A DNA stretch of 64,000 nucleotides from Candidatus Bathyarchaeota archaeon (GCA_963767735.1 CAVYES010000002.1:1-64000), one strand, 5' to 3'; shown: positions 31,516 through 41,298, numbered from the stretch's first letter. Notes: generated by a model from the letters alone, not told the origin. A program made the numbers and translations.

Positions 31516-32301
31516 ATGATTACTGTCGGAGTGGATTTAGGAACTCAAAGAATAAAAGCCGTGGTGCTGAAAGATGATGTTGTTGTTGCAAGAGGGCAAG
31601 CTTTCTCAGGATTCGACCCGTCCAAAGCGGCTGAAGAAGCAGTAAATGAAGCATTGAAAAATGCAAACCTGAAAACGTCCGATGTGGCTTATTTCGTCGC
31701 TACAGGCGCAGGCATGGAAATGGCATTCAATGCTAACGGCACCGTAAGTATGATGGGAGCCGATGCAAAAGCAGGAGTTTACCTTTTCCCGAAAGCCAGA
31801 ACGATAATTGATGTCGGCGCGGAAGAAGCAAGAGCCGTTAAATGCGACGATAGAGCCGTTATGGTTGATTTTATCGTCAACGAACGATGCGCCGCCGGTG
31901 CGGGAGCATTCATAGAGGCGATGGCCCGAGCATTAGAGGTGAAATTGGAAGAGATGGGCCCACTGTCACTTAAGGCGGAACGCGCAAGCCCCATAAACGC
32001 CTCCTGCGTTATCTTCGGCGAATCTGATGTCGTTTCGCTTATTCACCGCCAAGAATCTAAACCTGAAATTGCCCGCGCAGTTTTTGACGCGATGGCTGAC
32101 CGAATCTCATCCATGATTCACAGGCTGGGCGTAAATCCCGATGTGGTTTTGATTGGTGGTGTAGCTAAGGATGTGGGTTTTGTTGCCTCATTGAAAAGAA
32201 AGCTGGGCGTTGATGTGCTGATTCCTGATTTTCCCGATTACGCTGGGGCTTTAGGCGCAGCCCTTATAGCGGCAACCCGTGCTAAGGAGGGTCAAAAATG
32301 A
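31516..32301 (+). CDS. ASKHA ATPase activator subunit (BzdP/HgdC-like)
   Basis: GVDLGT, IIDVGA, NERCAAGAG, ASCVIFGES, GGVAK, GALGAA. Confidence 0.9.
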   Translation: MITVGVDLGTQRIKAVVLKDDVVVARGQAFSGFDPSKAAEEAVNEALKNANLKTSDVAYFVATGAGMEMAFNANGTVSMMGADAKAGVYLFPKARTIIDVGAEEARAVKCDDRAVMVDFIVNERCAAGAGAFIEAMARALEVKLEEMGPLSLKAERASPINASCVIFGESDVVSLIHRQESKPEIARAVFDAMADRISSMIHRLGVNPDVVLIGGVAKDVGFVASLKRKLGVDVLIPDFPDYAGALGAALIAATRAKEGQK

Positions 32302-33209
32302 AAGAGCCAAGCAGTGTTAAAGAGGAAATTGAGTTTTGGCGTTGGCGCGAGTACCATCGCGTGGTTCCAGGCAAGAAATGGACCAAAAAAGACATAGTCA
32401 CTGCGGGCGTTGATGTGGGTTCAGTCGGTTCTAAAGCTGCCGTAATGGTTAACGGCGAAGCCTTTTCGTGGAGTGTAACGCGGACTGGCTCAAACAGTCC
32501 TGAGAGCGCAGAGAAAGCTTTAGCTGGAGCGCTGGATGGAACGGGGCTTAAAGTCGGTGACCTCAAATTTATTGTTGGCACAGGTTACGGGCGAGTCAAT
32601 GTTCCCATGGCAAACAAGGCAATTACGGAGATTGCTTGCCACGCTAAGGGCGCAAATTATGTTTGGGGACCAAGCGTGCGAACCGTGCTGGATGTAGGAG
32701 GACAAGACATCAAAGCTATCCGCTGTGATGAAACTGGCAGAGTGGTTTCTTTTTTGATGAATGATAAGTGCGCGGCTGGAACTGGCAGAGGCATGGAAGT
32801 TTTCGCTAATTTATTGCAAATTCCAATTGAAGAAATCGGTGCAATCTCACTAAAGGTAGATGAAGAGCCACCGCCGGTAAGCTGCACGTGTGTGGCTTTT
32901 GCAAAAACCGAAGCAATGGGACTCTTGCGTAAGGGCTGGTCCAAGGAGAAGGTGTTGGCTGCTTACACGCGGGCTATGTCTGTACGCATGGCTAACTTGA
33001 TTAACAGGGTAGGTTTAGAAAAAGAGTTGGTCGTCACAGGTGGGCAGTCGAAGAACATTGGAATCGTGAGCAGAATAGAGGTTGGTCTGGGCGTAAAATG
33101 TTTGCCGATGCCTAATTGGCGCGAGAGCGGGTTGGACCCGATGGTTGCTGGCGCGTTTGGCGCAGCGCTTTTCGGTAAGGCGTTGTATGAGAAGGCGCAG
33201 AAATCTTAG
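32298..33209 (+). CDS. ASKHA ATPase activator subunit (BzdQ-like)
   Basis: N-terminal FWRWRE extension, GVDVGS, TGYGR, EIACHAKG, DVGGQD, MNDKCAAGTG, TCVAFA. Confidence 0.92.
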   Translation: MKEPSSVKEEIEFWRWREYHRVVPGKKWTKKDIVTAGVDVGSVGSKAAVMVNGEAFSWSVTRTGSNSPESAEKALAGALDGTGLKVGDLKFIVGTGYGRVNVPMANKAITEIACHAKGANYVWGPSVRTVLDVGGQDIKAIRCDETGRVVSFLMNDKCAAGTGRGMEVFANLLQIPIEEIGAISLKVDEEPPPVSCTCVAFAKTEAMGLLRKGWSKEKVLAAYTRAMSVRMANLINRVGLEKELVVTGGQSKNIGIVSRIEVGLGVKCLPMPNWRESGLDPMVAGAFGAALFGKALYEKAQKS

Positions 33210-33226
33210 ACGGGAGAGCGAAGGTT

Positions 33227-33514
33227 ATTATCACGCATTATGGCTACAGCGACGGTTCAGGCGAGTACTACATAACTATCGACACCGACAAATGCACGGG
33301 ATGCGGCAAATGCGTTAAGAATTGTCCCCAATCTGCGCTTCAGCTTGAGGCATTGTTTATTGATCTTGAAGATAAAACTGTAGCTTGCGTTGTGGAAGAG
33401 CATCGGAAAAAAATAAAGTACACGTGCTCTTCCTGCAAACCCGAAATCAACAATTCCCCATGCGTGTTAGCCTGCGAGAGCAAAGCATTAAACTGCACAT
33501 GGAAGCCACAATAA
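33227..33514 (+). CDS. BzdM-like 2x[4Fe-4S] ferredoxin (missing from ORF track; ATT start)
   Basis: Hand translation: (I/M)ITHYGYSDGSGEYYITIDTDKCTGCGKCVKNCP...KYTCSSCKP.....PCVLAC..KAL..TW. Confidence 0.88.
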   Translation: MITHYGYSDGSGEYYITIDTDKCTGCGKCVKNCPQSALQLEALFIDLEDKTVACVVEEHRKKIKYTCSSCKPEINNSPCVLACESKALNCTWKPQ

Positions 33515-33586
33515 CATTTAATCCAAACTTTTCGTTAGCGTTAAGAAGCAGCTAAATTGCCAAAGGAAGAGAGAAGATTTTGTTCT

Positions 33587-33764
33587 GGTTGTTTTGGGTT
33601 GCTTTTTTGAAGCAAAGCTTGAATCGATTGCAGGTTGAATCTAGAATAATCGCAAATAATCGTGAATAATCGCGTTTAATCGCAAATAATCGTGTAGAGG
33701 AATGCATATGACGTTAACAGGAAAAATCAGTTTCAAATCGACTGCGGTTAACACAAAGAGTTGA
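33587..33764 (+). repeat. element copy B: conserved leader, 5 x 10-bp AATAATCGYR array and 18-aa stub of the AbrB/MraZ-like gene
   Basis: Units aataatcgca/aataatcgtg/aataatcgcg/tttaatcgca/aataatcgtg at 33645-33694; ATG at 33708 gives MTLTGKISFKST. Confidence 0.8.
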
Positions 33765-33934
33765 TCTTGAATCTAGATTGAAGAGTTTGAAGTGTTTGCG
33801 GGTTGAGTTAAAAAAAGTTAAAAAAAGTGCTTTGATGCATTAGCTGGAAAACAGTGATACGATAAAAACTTAAACCTCCCATTACTATATCGCTTTCAGG
33901 CGAACTGTAGAAAAAGTAAAATTGGGTTTTAATT

Positions 33935-34000
33935 TTATTTTCCCGTTTTTGCTTCATGCTTTGCTTTTTTCGCAGCATTCTTCTTTTTTAGAGATGGCAT
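33935..34000 (-). CDS. putative 21-aa highly basic peptide
   Basis: MPSLKKKNAAKKAKHEAKTGK*, with a BRE/TATA-like GAAAAGTCTTTTTAG about 25-35 nt upstream. Confidence 0.45.
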   Translation of the reverse strand: MPSLKKKNAAKKAKHEAKTGK

Positions 34001-34255
34001 GATGTTGAATAGACAGATGAAGCTAAAAAGACTTTTCACCAAAAGTATTGTTTGCCGTTAAATTGGCGCTAACCGATGTTATTTTTATCGGATTCTTAAT
34101 GATAGTTAGCGGTAACTATAATTTTAAATAGTTAACCCTTACTGTAAATTTGGATACAAAGCAAAAGATGCAGTTTTCGTCATGACTTGCAGCGGAGCCA
34201 AATAGGTAACGTCTTCCCGTAAAACCTTAATCAGTATAAGTACCTCATTTATTGG

Positions 34256-34582
34256 TTATTTTTCATTGTTTTTTATTTCAACGATTATTTTTCCGTTTTC
34301 GATTTTGCATCGGTAGCATTGCAGCTTTACTTGGGGAATTTCTTGGTATTGCCCGTTGCGCACATCAAATTTCCAGCCATGGCATGGACACATAACAAGG
34401 TAGCCTGTTAGAATTCCTCCTTCAAAAGAGCACCCGGCATGTGGACAAAAGTTTGATACTGCAAAAACTTCGCCCCCTACTCGTACGAGCAGAATAGGCT
34501 TACCCTTGACACGCACGGGTTTCATGTAGCCTTCTTTGAGTTCGCTCTCCTTTATGCAGGAAACAAAAACTGTTTTACTCAT
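34256..34582 (-). CDS. Rieske [2Fe-2S] ferredoxin
   Basis: CPHAG...CPCHGWKFD motifs. Confidence 0.93.
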   Translation of the reverse strand: MSKTVFVSCIKESELKEGYMKPVRVKGKPILLVRVGGEVFAVSNFCPHAGCSFEGGILTGYLVMCPCHGWKFDVRNGQYQEIPQVKLQCYRCKIENGKIIVEIKNNEK

Positions 34583-34892
34583 GTGTTTTCCTTCAAGAAT
34601 ACTTGCTCAGGAAAGCTCTAAAACCTTGCCTACACCAACAAAAACTTAACTCTTTATACGCAGAAAAGTACGTTTCATGTTGAAAGTGCAGGGTTTTCTT
34701 GGATGTTGAAGTATGTTGAATCATGTTTGGCGTCTATTAGGATCATCTAGTAGACCGGGGGTAGGCTGTAGCGCACACACAAAGCTAAGCGGAAGAGAAA
34801 AGTGAACATATTGAAAGTATCAAGTTACAGCTAACCTCAGCGTTTAATGCATCAATTTATAAATTGAAAAATCAATTAAAGATAGATGCAAA

Positions 34893-36433
34893 ATGAAACT
34901 TCGAAGAAAGCAATCCAACGATTCTGAGAATCAAGAGGATCCACAGGGAAAAAAACAGAAGGGCATTGAGGTAGCTAAAGTTGAAGTTTTAGATAATGTG
35001 GCGAAGTTTTTTGTTGCTAAAGGTAGGGGTAAAAAACATTGGATTGTGGTTCGTGAAATTCCGGTTCTTGAGATTGAGCATATTGAAAAGTTTGGGAACG
35101 AGTTAAGTGTGACTTGGAAGGGCGCAACTGACTCGTTTTTTACTAAGGAAAAAATTGACTTATTTGTTGCATTGGTAGATCAAGTTAACATAATACTTGA
35201 GGATCAACGAAAATCCAAGGAGAACACCGAGAAAAAGGAGAAAGCGGCTCTAAGACAAAAGGAGCTGTCAGTGACAATTGATACGTCTGTAAGAAGCATT
35301 GACCAAGCGTTTAATGTCCTGATTGGCTTGCAGGAGAAACGGATAAACTGGGAGCGATTAGAAGGCTACTCCAACGATTTTGTGAAGAACGCCAGCTTCA
35401 CGACCCAAACGATGCCGTCTTTGAAAATGGACTTCTCAAAAATCGGCTCAGCAATAAAAACGCAGATTCCAAAAGAAGCGTCAAACGAAGCTTTCAGCAT
35501 TCTAAAGGCGGAGTACGAATACTTTAACGGCTTAAGCGTGGATGATGACTTTAAAGAGAATCACCCGAACTTTCAAGACGCGAAAGCAGTGATTTTAGCG
35601 TATTTCATATTAAACGACCTTTGGCTCGGCAAAGTTGTCGGGGACAAAGAAAACAGAGAAGAAATCGGCTCAGCTTGAAAGCGCCCTGCAGAATTTAGCT
35701 GCCGAAACAAACTTCGAAGTCAACATTGACGAGCTAAAGAGTACGATCGATAAAATCGATGTTGACAACAAACGAGAAAGCATTATTGAACGCAGCAGAG
35801 AAATTTTCAAACAACAACTAAAACAGCAATTAAAACCCAAAGAGAAGTCTTTAACCACAATCCAATACTCCCCTAAAATCGAGACCAGCATTGAACCTGT
35901 TGTGCTTTCAGAATCAGTTGTACCTCCAACCAGCACTGAACCAATTCCAGTCAGCGCTGAACCAACTGAATCTGTCCTGCCTCCAGCCAGCACTGAACCA
36001 CCTCCAATCAGCAATAAACCAACTGAACCCGTTGTGCCTCTAATCAGCACTACATCAACTGAAGACAGTCTCTAAAGTCGAAAAAAAGCAGAAGGATATT
36101 CAGGTATCGAAAGTTGAAGTTTCCGAAAATATAGTCAAGTTTTTTGTTGCCAAAGGTTTGCTTAAAAAACAGTGGATCGTCGTTAAGGAAATCCCTCTTC
36201 TTGAAATTGAGCACATTGAGAAGTTTGGAAATCAGTTAAGTATAACGTGGAAGGGTGTTACCTACACATTTTTCTCCAAGGAAACTGGCGTATTTAGTAA
36301 ATTGGTGGATCAAGTTAACGGAATACTTCAGGGGGCCAGCACTGAACCGCCAGTTTCGCCTACATCAGATGTTATTCAATCTGCGCCTGAAGCATCCACA
36401 CCTCAAGATTCCAGTCCTGACGTGCAAGCATGA
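34893..36433 (+). CDS. hypothetical protein with duplicated beta-rich domain and Pro/Ser/Thr linker; probably one gene broken by two frameshifts
   Basis: KKQK.I.V.KVEV..N..KFFVAKG..KK.WIVV.EIP.LEIEHIEKFGN.LS.TWKG occurs at ~34950 and ~36082; ORFs 34893, 35635 and 36158 join across frameshifts near 35670 and 36070. Confidence 0.7.
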
Positions 36434-36682
36434 GGCTTTCCACACGCGTTTTGGCTGAGGAAGGCCGTTAAAAAAGCCATAGCGTGGCTGGGTAGCAGGC
36501 TGCTTTATTTGTGCCGGATGTCGAGGCAGAAAGCAAAACTCGGTATCGTAAACCGTCATATACTAGAACATATGATTCTTAATAATTATGCGTATGCCTT
36601 TACTGTGATATTACTTTGGGATTCGCTATCTTTATTTACAGTTTCCACATAATGAGTTGGCAGGTAATGGGGGATATATAGA

Positions 36683-37258
36683 TTGACGAAGAATCCACAG
36701 TCAAAGGATGATTCATTAGAGGCTTTAGACTTCATAGTGAACGTTCTCAAAGAACATGAAAGAGATCTGGACAAATTAATCAATGAGTTGGCAACAGTTA
36801 CCGAACAACTCGGAGACACAGGTGAAATAAGCGGCAAAGTAGAAAAAGTCGAAGAAAAAATCAACATTCTACAGAAGGAAGTAACAAACCTGATCACCTA
36901 CGTGTCAAACGGCATACCAAGCGCGCTCAAAGAAGCGCTTCCCATAGTAGTTAAAGAACAAACAAGTCAAGTCTCAAGTCAAACTTCATCTGCTCCGGTG
37001 GTTCAGGGTAAGCCTTCCGTGATTTTGCGTTGCAGGCAGTGGGAAGATTTTCAAACTTTGGCTTTTCACGCTCAAACGTTGTCTTTTTGTTATAAGGAAG
37101 ATGAGAAAGTGTTCCAGGCTGATGCGCTTAAGGGTAACCAGATTATCACTTATAGTGGTGCACTTCCAAAGTTCTCTTCAATTCTGAAGTCATCGTTGTC
37201 TAAGCAACTCGATGTTCCTGAAACGAATATTTTGGAAGGCGTTTTAGCGATAAGCTAA
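36683..37258 (+). CDS. hypothetical coiled-coil protein
   Basis: 191-aa ORF, heptad N-half (EALDFIVNVLKEHERDLDKLI) and globular C-half. Confidence 0.75.
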   Translation: MTKNPQSKDDSLEALDFIVNVLKEHERDLDKLINELATVTEQLGDTGEISGKVEKVEEKINILQKEVTNLITYVSNGIPSALKEALPIVVKEQTSQVSSQTSSAPVVQGKPSVILRCRQWEDFQTLAFHAQTLSFCYKEDEKVFQADALKGNQIITYSGALPKFSSILKSSLSKQLDVPETNILEGVLAIS

Positions 37259-37281
37259 GCCTATTTATAAAAAACCTAGCA

Positions 37282-37808
37282 GAATACCTGCCGCGTTAGC
37301 GGCAGGATGAATGCGTCCAACCCGCAGTTCTATTAGTTCTACCAAACGATAGGTCTGTCACCATTGGATAAGGAGGTGATAGACCTGGAGAAAGCAAGAT
37401 CGTGTGCTTACCAAGCCAACTACCACCTTATCTGGGCCACCAAATACCGGCGCAAGGTACTTTTAGGCTCAGTTGAGGTTAGATTGGAGGAAGTACTTAA
37501 AACGATTGCTACTATACACGGCTTCCAACTGCTGGCTGCCAAAGTTCATCATGGCGACCATATTCACGTGTTTGTTTCAGCTCGGCCAAAGCTATGTATA
37601 CCTGAGATGGTGCGTGTCTTGAAGTGTAATTCTGCTAAACTGCTGTTTGAGGAGTTTCCTGAGATTAGGTTGCAGCTTTGGGGTGGGCATTTGTGGTCTG
37701 AGGGCTATGCTGTTAGAACTGCAGGCGTTGTGACTAGCACGAAAATCGAGGAATACATCAATAGGTCGTAATTAGGGATGCTCGCCCCGTAAGGGGCGAG
37801 TAGTTCAC
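37282..37808 (+). mobile_element. IS200/IS605-family element carrying tnpA only
   Basis: Left hairpin CCTGCCGC-GTTA-GCGGCAGG (37287-37306), right hairpin CTCGCCCC-GTAA-GGGGCGAG (37781-37800) followed by TAGTTCAC. Confidence 0.88.
37364..37771 (+). CDS. tnpA: IS200/IS605 Y1 transposase
   Basis: YHLIWATKYRRKVL, HUH motif DHIHV, LWGGHLWSEGY, catalytic Tyr in IEEYI. Confidence 0.96.
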   Translation: MDKEVIDLEKARSCAYQANYHLIWATKYRRKVLLGSVEVRLEEVLKTIATIHGFQLLAAKVHHGDHIHVFVSARPKLCIPEMVRVLKCNSAKLLFEEFPEIRLQLWGGHLWSEGYAVRTAGVVTSTKIEEYINRS

Positions 37809-38126
37809 TTTTAATACTTATTTTTGATTCATAATTCTTTTAAGTATAATTGCAGTATTTTGATTCTTGTAAGTGATTGGAGGGTAAGTTAAGGTTGAAG
37901 GCTAAACCACTCAAGCCAAAAGAATTTTTCCGTTTTCGAAGCCTTCTCCTTTCTCCTCGATGACGGATGGCGATGGGTAGCCAACACACAAAACCTGCCC
38001 TCCAACCACAAACCATTAACCTGACGCTAAGCAACAATCGGCTTAAATTTTGAAAATAAGAGAAGAGAAGATACAAAGAGATGTTAACGCCTTAAAGATT
38101 CAGAGTAAGGCAGTTTTATAGCTGGA

Positions 38127-38651
38127 TTATTTTGGTGTTATCAAATATTTAAGGTGCAATGGCTTGATTATTAATCCAGCTTTCAGGTCAGAGAGGAAAG
38201 CCTGGCTTTCAATCACCCACTCGGATAGTTCTGAATCATGCGTTCTTATAAATTCAGCGAAATTCGCAAAGTTTTCATGAAGCGAAACGCAGACAGCATC
38301 CCAACCCATTCCTCTGCCGTCCAAAACAAGAATCACATTGGGTTGCTTCATATACCATTCTCTCATTTTCTGTAAAGCTTGATTTTTTTCTTCGCCCGTT
38401 TTTAGTTTAAGGTTGCTTTTCAAAAAAGTTAAGGCGGCGATTTCAAACCCGATTTGACCGAACTTTGGTATAACAGTATATCCTTCTATGAAGTTTTCTT
38501 CGAGCATAGCTCTCCTTCGGGTCACCGTGGGTTGGGAAACACCTAAAGATTTTGCAAGTTGCCTATCGCTTCTGTGTGAATCCTTCATTAATTCGAACAA
38601 TATTTTGTAATCTATAGGTTTTAGTTCCTTCATTATAACCAACTTTATCAT
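38127..38651 (-). CDS. Lrp/AsnC-family transcriptional regulator
   Basis: IDYKILFELMKDSHRSDRQLAKSLGVSQPTVTRRR HTH. Confidence 0.88.
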   Translation of the reverse strand: MIKLVIMKELKPIDYKILFELMKDSHRSDRQLAKSLGVSQPTVTRRRAMLEENFIEGYTVIPKFGQIGFEIAALTFLKSNLKLKTGEEKNQALQKMREWYMKQPNVILVLDGRGMGWDAVCVSLHENFANFAEFIRTHDSELSEWVIESQAFLSDLKAGLIIKPLHLKYLITPK

Positions 38652-38797
38652 TCAATAGTTTTTTTGGCATCATATATAAACATCGTTGTTCAATAAACAA
38701 AAAATCGTTCGAGTCTAACAGGGCAACAGTTAACATGGCGATAGATACTCTTAAGAGAAAAAACGCCTAAACAACTTGCAGGAGCTTTGAAAAAATA

Positions 38798-40157
38798 ATG
38801 CCACCCCAAATTTTAAAAGATGTTGAGCAGGAAGTCACTCAACTGCTTTGTGATTTAATACGTATAAACACAACTAACCCCCCAGGAAACGAAATCCCTG
38901 CAGCAAATTACATAGCCCAATACTTAGGCCAAGGAAGGCTTTAAAACTGAAATTATCGAGTCAGCACCTGGCAGAGGAAGCATAATCACACGACTTAAGG
39001 GAACAGGTGAAAAGCCCAGTCTCCTTTTACTGTCACATCTGGACGTGGTTGCCGCTAACCCAAAGGAGTGGTCTGTTGACCCGTTTGCTGGAGTAGTCAA
39101 GGATGGTTATGTTTATGGTCGAGGAGCTTATGACATGAAATGCATGACTGCCATCGAAATAACTGTTATAAAACTTTTAAAGAAAAATAATGTTAAACTA
39201 AAAGGCGATGTGGTTTTGGCAGCCACCGCTGATGAGGAACAAGGCGGGGAAGCAGGTGCAGGATACCTTCTGAGTAAACACAAAGAAAAAGTTTGGTGTC
39301 CATACGTTATTAACGAAGGGGGAGGATTAGCTTTTTCGTCGAAAAATGGGTTTGTATTTCCGGTGCAGACGGCGGAAAAAGGGATTCTGTGGCTCAAAAT
39401 AAAAGCTAAAGGCACTCCTGGTCACGGTTCTACCCCTAACATGGCAGACAACGCTGTCATGCGAATGAACAAAGTAATCGACAAACTTGGAAACTACAAG
39501 CCGCCTACAATCTATGTGCCGACGCTTAAGGAGTTTCTTGCTGAAATGGGGAGGCAAAACCCTGAACTTCAACAGACCTTCTCGCGTTTGCTTGCCAACC
39601 CAGGGCAGAGCGAGCAGATACTCGATGAATTGGCAAAGAAGGACAAGGCTTTAGCTGAGGAGATAAGGCCGCGAACAAAAATGACTATCGCTCCAACCAT
39701 GATCCGCGGCGGGGTTAAAGAGAACATTATTCCGTCAGACTGCGAAGCGGTGTTTGACTGCAGAATTCTTCCAGGGCAAAGCGTTAATGAAACGGTTGAT
39801 TTAATCAAAGGTTTGCTTAAAGACGTGGGTTTGGATAAGTTGAGTTTTGAATTTATACAAGCGCACGGCGGTTCAGAATCAACAGCGCAGACCCCTCTCT
39901 ATGACATCATCACAAAGGTTCTCAGAGAATTTGAGCCAGGCTGCGGAGTAACCCCAACATTAACGACTGGGGGCACTGATTCGCGTTTCTTTAGGGAAAC
40001 TGGTAGTGTATGCTACGGCTTCCAACCGATGATTCCTGATGAACCCAATGATCAGTTAGAGAAGCGGATGCACGGTATTGACGAGCGGATAACCATAGGA
40101 AACCTCGTTTACGGAACAAGTATACTCTACGAAACCGTGAAGAGGTTTATGAGCTAA
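38798..40157 (+). CDS. M20/M25/M40 metallohydrolase (ArgE/DapE-like), frameshifted near 38930
   Basis: INTTNPPGNE upstream of the ORF, SHLDVV, GRGAYDMK, DEEQGG, GTDSR, HGIDE. Confidence 0.9.
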
Positions 40158-40309
40158 CAGCGACCAATTTACTCTTTACCTCTTTTTTAATTATACCATA
40201 CTTGCTTTCTCAAACGTTAAACGCTCAAACCTCGCTGAATGCAAAATTTTTTTACTAACCTCCGCTATTCTAGCAAGTAAGAGAGTGCGACTTTGGTGTT
40301 AACTGCAAA

Positions 40310-40852
40310 ATGACTAGCATACAAACAATGACTAATCGAGAGACGGCGAATTTCGAAGCCGCTAAAATCGTCGGGTTAATCTCTGATACGCATGTCCCTA
40401 AAAAAGCCATGTGTGTTCCCCAAAAAGTGTTCGAGGTGTTAAAAGACGCAGATTTCATTATTCATGCCGGCGACTTGGTGGACTTATCGGTAATTGACGA
40501 ACTAGAGCAGATTGCACCAGTTTTGGCGGTTCATGGCAACATGGATGGGCAAGAAACCAGCGGCGCTTTACCTGAGCTTAATTCACTTAAAATTTTCGAT
40601 TGGAAAATAGGCGTAATGCATGATCCAAACGTTCTTCAAGGTTCAGGCATGATGGTAAAAATCGCTAGGGAGAATGGCTTCAACGTTTTTGTTTATGGGC
40701 ATACGCATAGTGCTAAAATAAAATGGGAGGAAAAAAACCTTTTTATTAACCCTGGAAGCCCTACTGATCCAGCATCTTTCATGAGTAAGCCATCTGTTGG
40801 TTTGCTAAAAATAACAAAACAATCCATAATGCCGCAAATAATTAACCTTTAA
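40310..40852 (+). CDS. YfcE/MJ0936-family metallophosphoesterase
   Basis: ISDTH, HAGD, GNMD, GHTH, NPGS. Confidence 0.92.
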   Translation: MTSIQTMTNRETANFEAAKIVGLISDTHVPKKAMCVPQKVFEVLKDADFIIHAGDLVDLSVIDELEQIAPVLAVHGNMDGQETSGALPELNSLKIFDWKIGVMHDPNVLQGSGMMVKIARENGFNVFVYGHTHSAKIKWEEKNLFINPGSPTDPASFMSKPSVGLLKITKQSIMPQIINL

Positions 40853-41298
40853 CTTACTAGACATGCCAATAAAGGATTGCATACAGCACTATTCCTAAAA
40901 ACAGTGAATAAACCAGAATGTTATTGTCCAAAGCATGAACTTTTTTCTTGCAAAACACCCCTCCACATCATGAAAGCGCCAAGAAACAACAAGCCAAAGA
41001 CCAAGTGAAACCGTTAAAGCTCCTGTTACTGCCATAACTAAAGTGACACAACAGACTTTACTCCATATACTTCTGGAACAATAAATTCTGGAAAAATCGC
41101 AAGAACAAAAGAAGGAACCATAATCGCAAACACCATCGACAAATGCAAAACAAGGGCGCTGAACATTGCAACTCCATGCTGCCTAAACTTCTGTTGCCTC
41201 TTCATCGAGTAACCGTAAATAAGCAAAAGCAAAACAGCGATTTGAATGGTTAAACTAGCGGTAGCGACAAGTGCAAAAGGGTTGTTTAAAAGAGACAT
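40849..41298 (-). pseudogene. DUF420-like membrane protein, interrupted
   Basis: TM helices with HG..M and H...V..IM.PS; hydrophobic coding continues past the stop at 41038 in another frame (GALTVSLGLWLVVSWRF). Confidence 0.55.

Noticed and set aside
30163-33514. Calling the cluster a canonical bzdNOPQ benzoyl-CoA reductase
   Set aside because: Only one catalytic-type subunit is present, with a DCCP-like Cys set, and there are no ring-cleavage genes in the window
33645-33694. Repeat arrays (also 23422-23485 and 53584-53642) as CRISPR
   Set aside because: Units are 10 bp and contiguous, with no spacers and no cas genes in the window
37840-38076. 78-aa minus ORF and a broken plus-strand frame (MKAKPLKPKEFF...) beside the IS
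   Set aside because: No recognisable motif and interrupted; insufficient support
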